NCBI GenBank assembly: GCA_965649765.1
Contig: OZ287758.1
Location: 3,348,001-3,412,000, forward strand
Length of the DNA: 64,000 nucleotides
Origin: Bispira polyomma
Lineage: Eukaryota
Direction: 5' to 3'
The notes beneath the pieces were generated by a model. The model had not been told where the DNA came from. It saw nothing but the letters and a program-made list of their open reading frames with translations, and ran no database searches. Positions 59,461 through 64,000 of this stretch are shown here, piece after piece (the stretch's first letter is position 1; each line of letters opens with the position of its first letter). The position numbers and the translations under genes were made by a program.

Positions 59461-60599
59461 CTACAGATTAGAACAAACAAGTAACGAGGGGGACCCATAT
59501 TTGAACTTAAATATCTCTGCATTTCTCAATGTAAGGTAAAACTTCAATCCATGTTACTGTGACTTAAAGCTCTTCATTAATTTTTTCCAAAATTCAAGGA
59601 ATGCAAAATATTTATATAATTATATAAAATAAATTGGGCCTGTAGGTTGAAATTTTAGGGTGGATAATTTAATAATTGCGTCTAAATTTTGTTGTTATTT
59701 ATAATAGTTTATAAACTGTTTTGGCTAAATAGCAACACTAATTTTGTGTGTAGAATTAGCGGAAAATCATCAATTTTCAAAGATGTATTTGCCGAGATTT
59801 GGATAAATAACGGTTAATTTTTGTGTCATAAAGTATTATAAATGTAATTGTATCACTTTCTAGCAAGGAATTTGCTTAGCCAAGTTGATTTCTAGCAGTT
59901 TTGAAGTAAAATATACAGTGCAACAATATATAGAACTGGTAATCGATAGCAGTTTTTGCCAATTTTTTGGTAAATTTGGTGAAGATTGACAGTCAGTTAC
60001 TATAAATATATATTGTTAGCAGTTCAAAAAAATTTGTCAAGTTTGTCGACGGCAGTAAAAGTTAAATTTATTTATTTACTGTGTGGATAGGACTGATAGT
60101 TGCATAAATCACTGTATTCAGCAGTGGATATTGAAAAGGTAACTGTTGGAAGATCACTGTATTATTAGCAGTAGTGAACATATAAATACTGTATCGAGAA
60201 CAGTTTTATTTGTGTGTCGACAGCCGTAAAAATAATATAAATTGTCTTAAATCATTCTAATAGAACTTTATAGAAGTACAGAATTTGTTATATCACTGTG
60301 TCGATAATATTGGCAGTGAGTTTTCGCTATATTTTATGGTTGTTTGAAATTGGTGGAAATTTTGTAATATATATTACAGTAACTGATAAATTATTTTTCT
60401 CGGAACCAATTAAGTTTATAATTAATACAAATAATACCCAGGGTGTGTGTGTTTTTTTTATTCATGGATATTGACCATCAAGCCACAATCTGACAAATAA
60501 AATAGTATTTCCCAACTGAAGAAAAAGGCAGTTGCATTGTGGTAATACTGAAGATGTGACAGTCAAGCAGGTTTCCAGATGATTGAAAGATGATTTTTT

Positions 60600-60879
60600 T
60601 TTTTATTATTTTTTTTTTTTTTTTCTCCAGTGCACAAGTACATGTTAATATATAGAAACGTTTAACACCACAACACACTAGTATCAAATGATTGAACAAA
60701 TTTACATCAAGATATTCATGTTACTGACTTCAAGAATTTACATCATATAACGTTTAACACCATAACACGCTAGTATCAATAATTGTATAACTTTACATCT
60801 AGATATTGATGTTACTGACTTTGGGAATTGACAATATTCTGTTATTTAATTTTACATACAATATTTCTTACATTTACCG

Positions 60880-60923
<44 letters not shown>

Positions 60924-63620
60924 TTCTATATAATCCCTGTGACAGAAAAAAGAGGACTCCATTTCCCCCATATATTTGAAAAATTCAATGCTTTATCTGT
61001 GAGTTTTGCTAAATACTCTTCATCTATATAAATAGATTCTAATCGTTGCAACAGTGTACTTATATTACGTATATTGTCACTAATGGATGTATCACAAATA
61101 AATTTCTTGGTGACAATAATTATTGCATTTAATGGTTTTTGATTTTGATCAGTGAAAGGATATCCAAATATAATGTCCCAAGTACTAAAAATTACATTAA
61201 CGTTGATCCTGGCTTTAATAACCCTTGAGAGCTGGGCCCATACATTTTTTGTACTTTCACATTCAACAAACATATGCAAAATGGTTTCATCCCGTCCACA
61301 TTTTCGACACAATGGGTCATCTTTTATCTGAAGTTTATATAAATAGCCTTTTGTTCCTAATATTCTGTAAAGTATTTTCATTTGGAACCATATTAAATTG
61401 TTACTCTTAATTGTTCTATGGCAGATGTTGAATATAGTGGACCATGTTTCATTATCAATAATTAATTTCATGTCTCTGTTCCATTTTAATTTCATTGAAT
61501 GTTCATTTACATTATTTTTGTTGAATGTTCTGTAGAAAACCCTAGCCCCTTGGTTTGCCTTAAATAGTATTTTCATAAAGAAGGGTATTGTCGGTCTTTG
61601 CATAATTGCATTTCCTTCTGAGTGTACTTTGCAGAGGAATATAGTAACATTTTGTCTAACAGTTAAGTAATTTAATGGATCAATATGATTTATACTGAAC
61701 TTCTGCTTTAGTCGGCTAAGATCAAGGACTTTTCCAGATGTATCTATTACATCGGCCACCATATCAATGCCATTTTTATACCATGTAGACATAAACATAG
61801 TCTCTCTTGATATTCTTTCATTAAGCCAAAATGGACTTGCTAGTAGGTCAAGCCAATATTTCTCGGTTTGGTTTTGACAAATAATGTCCCAGGCATTAAA
61901 AACATCCACCCAGAATTTATTTGAGATTTTTCTTATCACATATTTCAGGTAAGTAGGTCCTAAAATAAGAAATTGCGTCAAATCTTCAGTTATGGTATTC
62001 TAGAACAGCTGCAGCCACGGTTTATTACAATCTCTTACTATGCGTCGTATCCATGTAGCTTTCGTAGCTTGCATAATATAATCTAAATTACACATCTTAA
62101 GTCCACCCAAGTAATAATCAAGCATTAATGTTTTTCTATTTATTTTATCAGGTTTATTAGACCATATAAAGTTGAAACATAAGTTTCCTATTTCACTCAA
62201 TATTGATTTGTCAGGATTTGGAAGACATATAAATATGTGGTTCAATTTAGAGAGTAAAAGACTCTTAATAACAGTATTTTTTCCTATGGGTGTCAGTGTT
62301 CTTCTGCTCCATCTATTTACTAGTTCTTTTACCTCTTTAAGTTTTTCTATATAATTTAGCTCGATACACCTGTGTAAGTCTACCGAGAAATTAACTCCCA
62401 AAAGGGTAAACTGGCTGGTATCCCATTGAAATTTAATATTTATTAATTTTTCTTTGAAATGCTTCTTCTTGCCAATCCATACAATTTGTGTTTTATCTTT
62501 GTTTACAATTAATCCAGATATATTGCCAAAAACTTCCAAAGTATTAAGTGCTGCTCTTAATGAATCAGCCGAACCATCCAAGATTAAAGTGGTGTCATCA
62601 GCAAATTGTGTTAGCTTAAATGTCATATTGTTACATTTAATGCTCTTTATGTCTGGGTTATTTGAAATTAATATAGCTAATATTTGTGCCGCAAGAATAA
62701 AAAGATAAGGGGAGATAGGATCTCCCTGTCTACACCCACATTGAATGTTTATGAACTCAGAGAGAAAACCACATTGAATCACGCTTGCTTTGATGTCACT
62801 GTTAAATAGTCTGATCCAGTTTATAAAGGTTTCATTAAAATTTAGAAATCTAAGAACATCGTAAATGAAAGGCCATGTAATCGAATCAAAGGCCTTTTCG
62901 AAATCAATCATGACTAACATTCCCGGAATATGATGAACTTCTGTGTAATGCATAATGTCATAGATGAGACGTGTTGATTCATCGATGTACCGACCTGGGA
63001 CAAAACCGCATTGTGTGTTATCAATTAAATGATCCAGAAGAGGCTTAACTCGATTAGCTATTGCTGCAGAGGCCATCTTATACAATACAGTAAGCATAGA
63101 CAACGGACGCCAATTTTTAACAAGCTCACGTGGCTTTCCTTTCTTTGGTAGGCAAGTAATAACACACTGTCGCAGTGTAAGTGGTAATATTCCTTTTTTA
63201 AAGCTGCAATTTAAAGCCTGGGTGATAAAAACTCTTAAATCCTTCCAGAATATCTTAAAAAACTCAGAGGGAAATCCATCAATACCGGGTGTTTTATTAT
63301 TCTTCATTTGTTTTAAGGCCAGACCAATTTCATTTGTAGAAAGCAGGTCACCAAGATGTGATGTTTGTGCTTCAGTCAATTTCTTTACCTCATAATCCTT
63401 TAATAAATTATTCAAATCATAATCCTCCAATTTATCTTTGCATAGTTGAAAAAGTTTTTTATAATATTGTCTCAGTTCAGCCAAAATTTCATCTTGCTTT
63501 GTAATATAGGTATTATCTTTACGTTTTATTCTTTTTGTTGTTTTTTCAATGTAATTATGACGTTCCAAGGCTAGAAAGTACTTGCTAGGTTTTTCTCCTT
63601 CAGCAAGCCATTCAAAACGT
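60600..63620 (-). mobile_element. Tx1/L1-clade LINE, 5'-truncated ORF2 with one in-frame stop (62000-62002)
   Basis: EGEKPSKYF, KTPGIDGFPSEF, IDFEKAFDS, GCRQGDPISPYLF, QFADD, C-terminal CRKCGRDETILHMFVEC; A-rich tail (poly-T on +) at ~60595-60624. Confidence 0.92.
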
Positions 63621-63749
63621 GAAAGATGATTGATCAACTGTGATCAAAACTTTAAAGAACCTCCTATATTTCATAAAATAATAAAAGTTTTGTAAATCTA
63701 TGAATAAAATATCAATCATGTGAAATATATTTTATTTTTACTCCTGCCT

Positions 63750-63947
63750 CTGGCCGCCAGTTGTAAATCGGCCGTCACATTTTAAATGGTAATTATTGAC
63801 AATCTTGGTACAAAATGGACTGTAGGATTCGAGTTCAATGATTAGAATAATATTCAAGGGAGTACAATATTATTACGCTAATACATTAAATTAATTTGAA
63901 GTTATGAAACAATTATTGTATGGTGGCCGATTTATAACAGACGGCCA
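63750..63947. mobile_element. Small MITE-like inverted repeat
   Basis: TGGCCGCCAGTTGTAAATCGGCC ... GGCCGATTTATAACAGACGGCCA. Confidence 0.5.
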
Positions 63948-64000
63948 ATTTATGACCACAAGCAATAAACCCCAGATGAGATAACAACTCTGTGATCCAT

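Overview
AT-rich eukaryotic genomic DNA, probably from a marine invertebrate such as a mollusc or other spiralian (inferred from the repeat content only). There is one assembly gap (15099-15277). I could splice two complete protein-coding genes by hand. (1) A + strand gene with a probable non-coding first exon (~16030-16183) and four coding exons (19583-27266). It encodes a ~459-aa protein with an N-terminal CARD-like death-fold domain and a C-terminal, single-exon, atypical TKL-like kinase. A consensus ISRE/IRF site and a kB-like site lie just upstream. (2) A 10-exon - strand ABHD1/ABHD3-like alpha/beta-hydrolase (58353->31222, 398 aa, intact Ser-Asp-His triad). It appears to share a compact head-to-head promoter with a third, unidentified + strand gene starting near 58717. 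The ABHD introns carry a decayed tyrosine-recombinase (DIRS-order, Ngaro-like) retrotransposon, L2-type LINE fragments, a MULE transposase remnant with a nested MITE, a Helentron/HINE-like element, tRNA-SINEs and several MITE families. A 5'-truncated Tx1/L1-type LINE sits at 60.6-63.6 kb. The first 8 kb may hold remnants of a degenerate multi-pass membrane-protein gene (weak). The most interesting candidate is the ISRE-preceded CARD-kinase, a possible undescribed innate-immune or cell-death signalling gene that the ORF track shows only in pieces.
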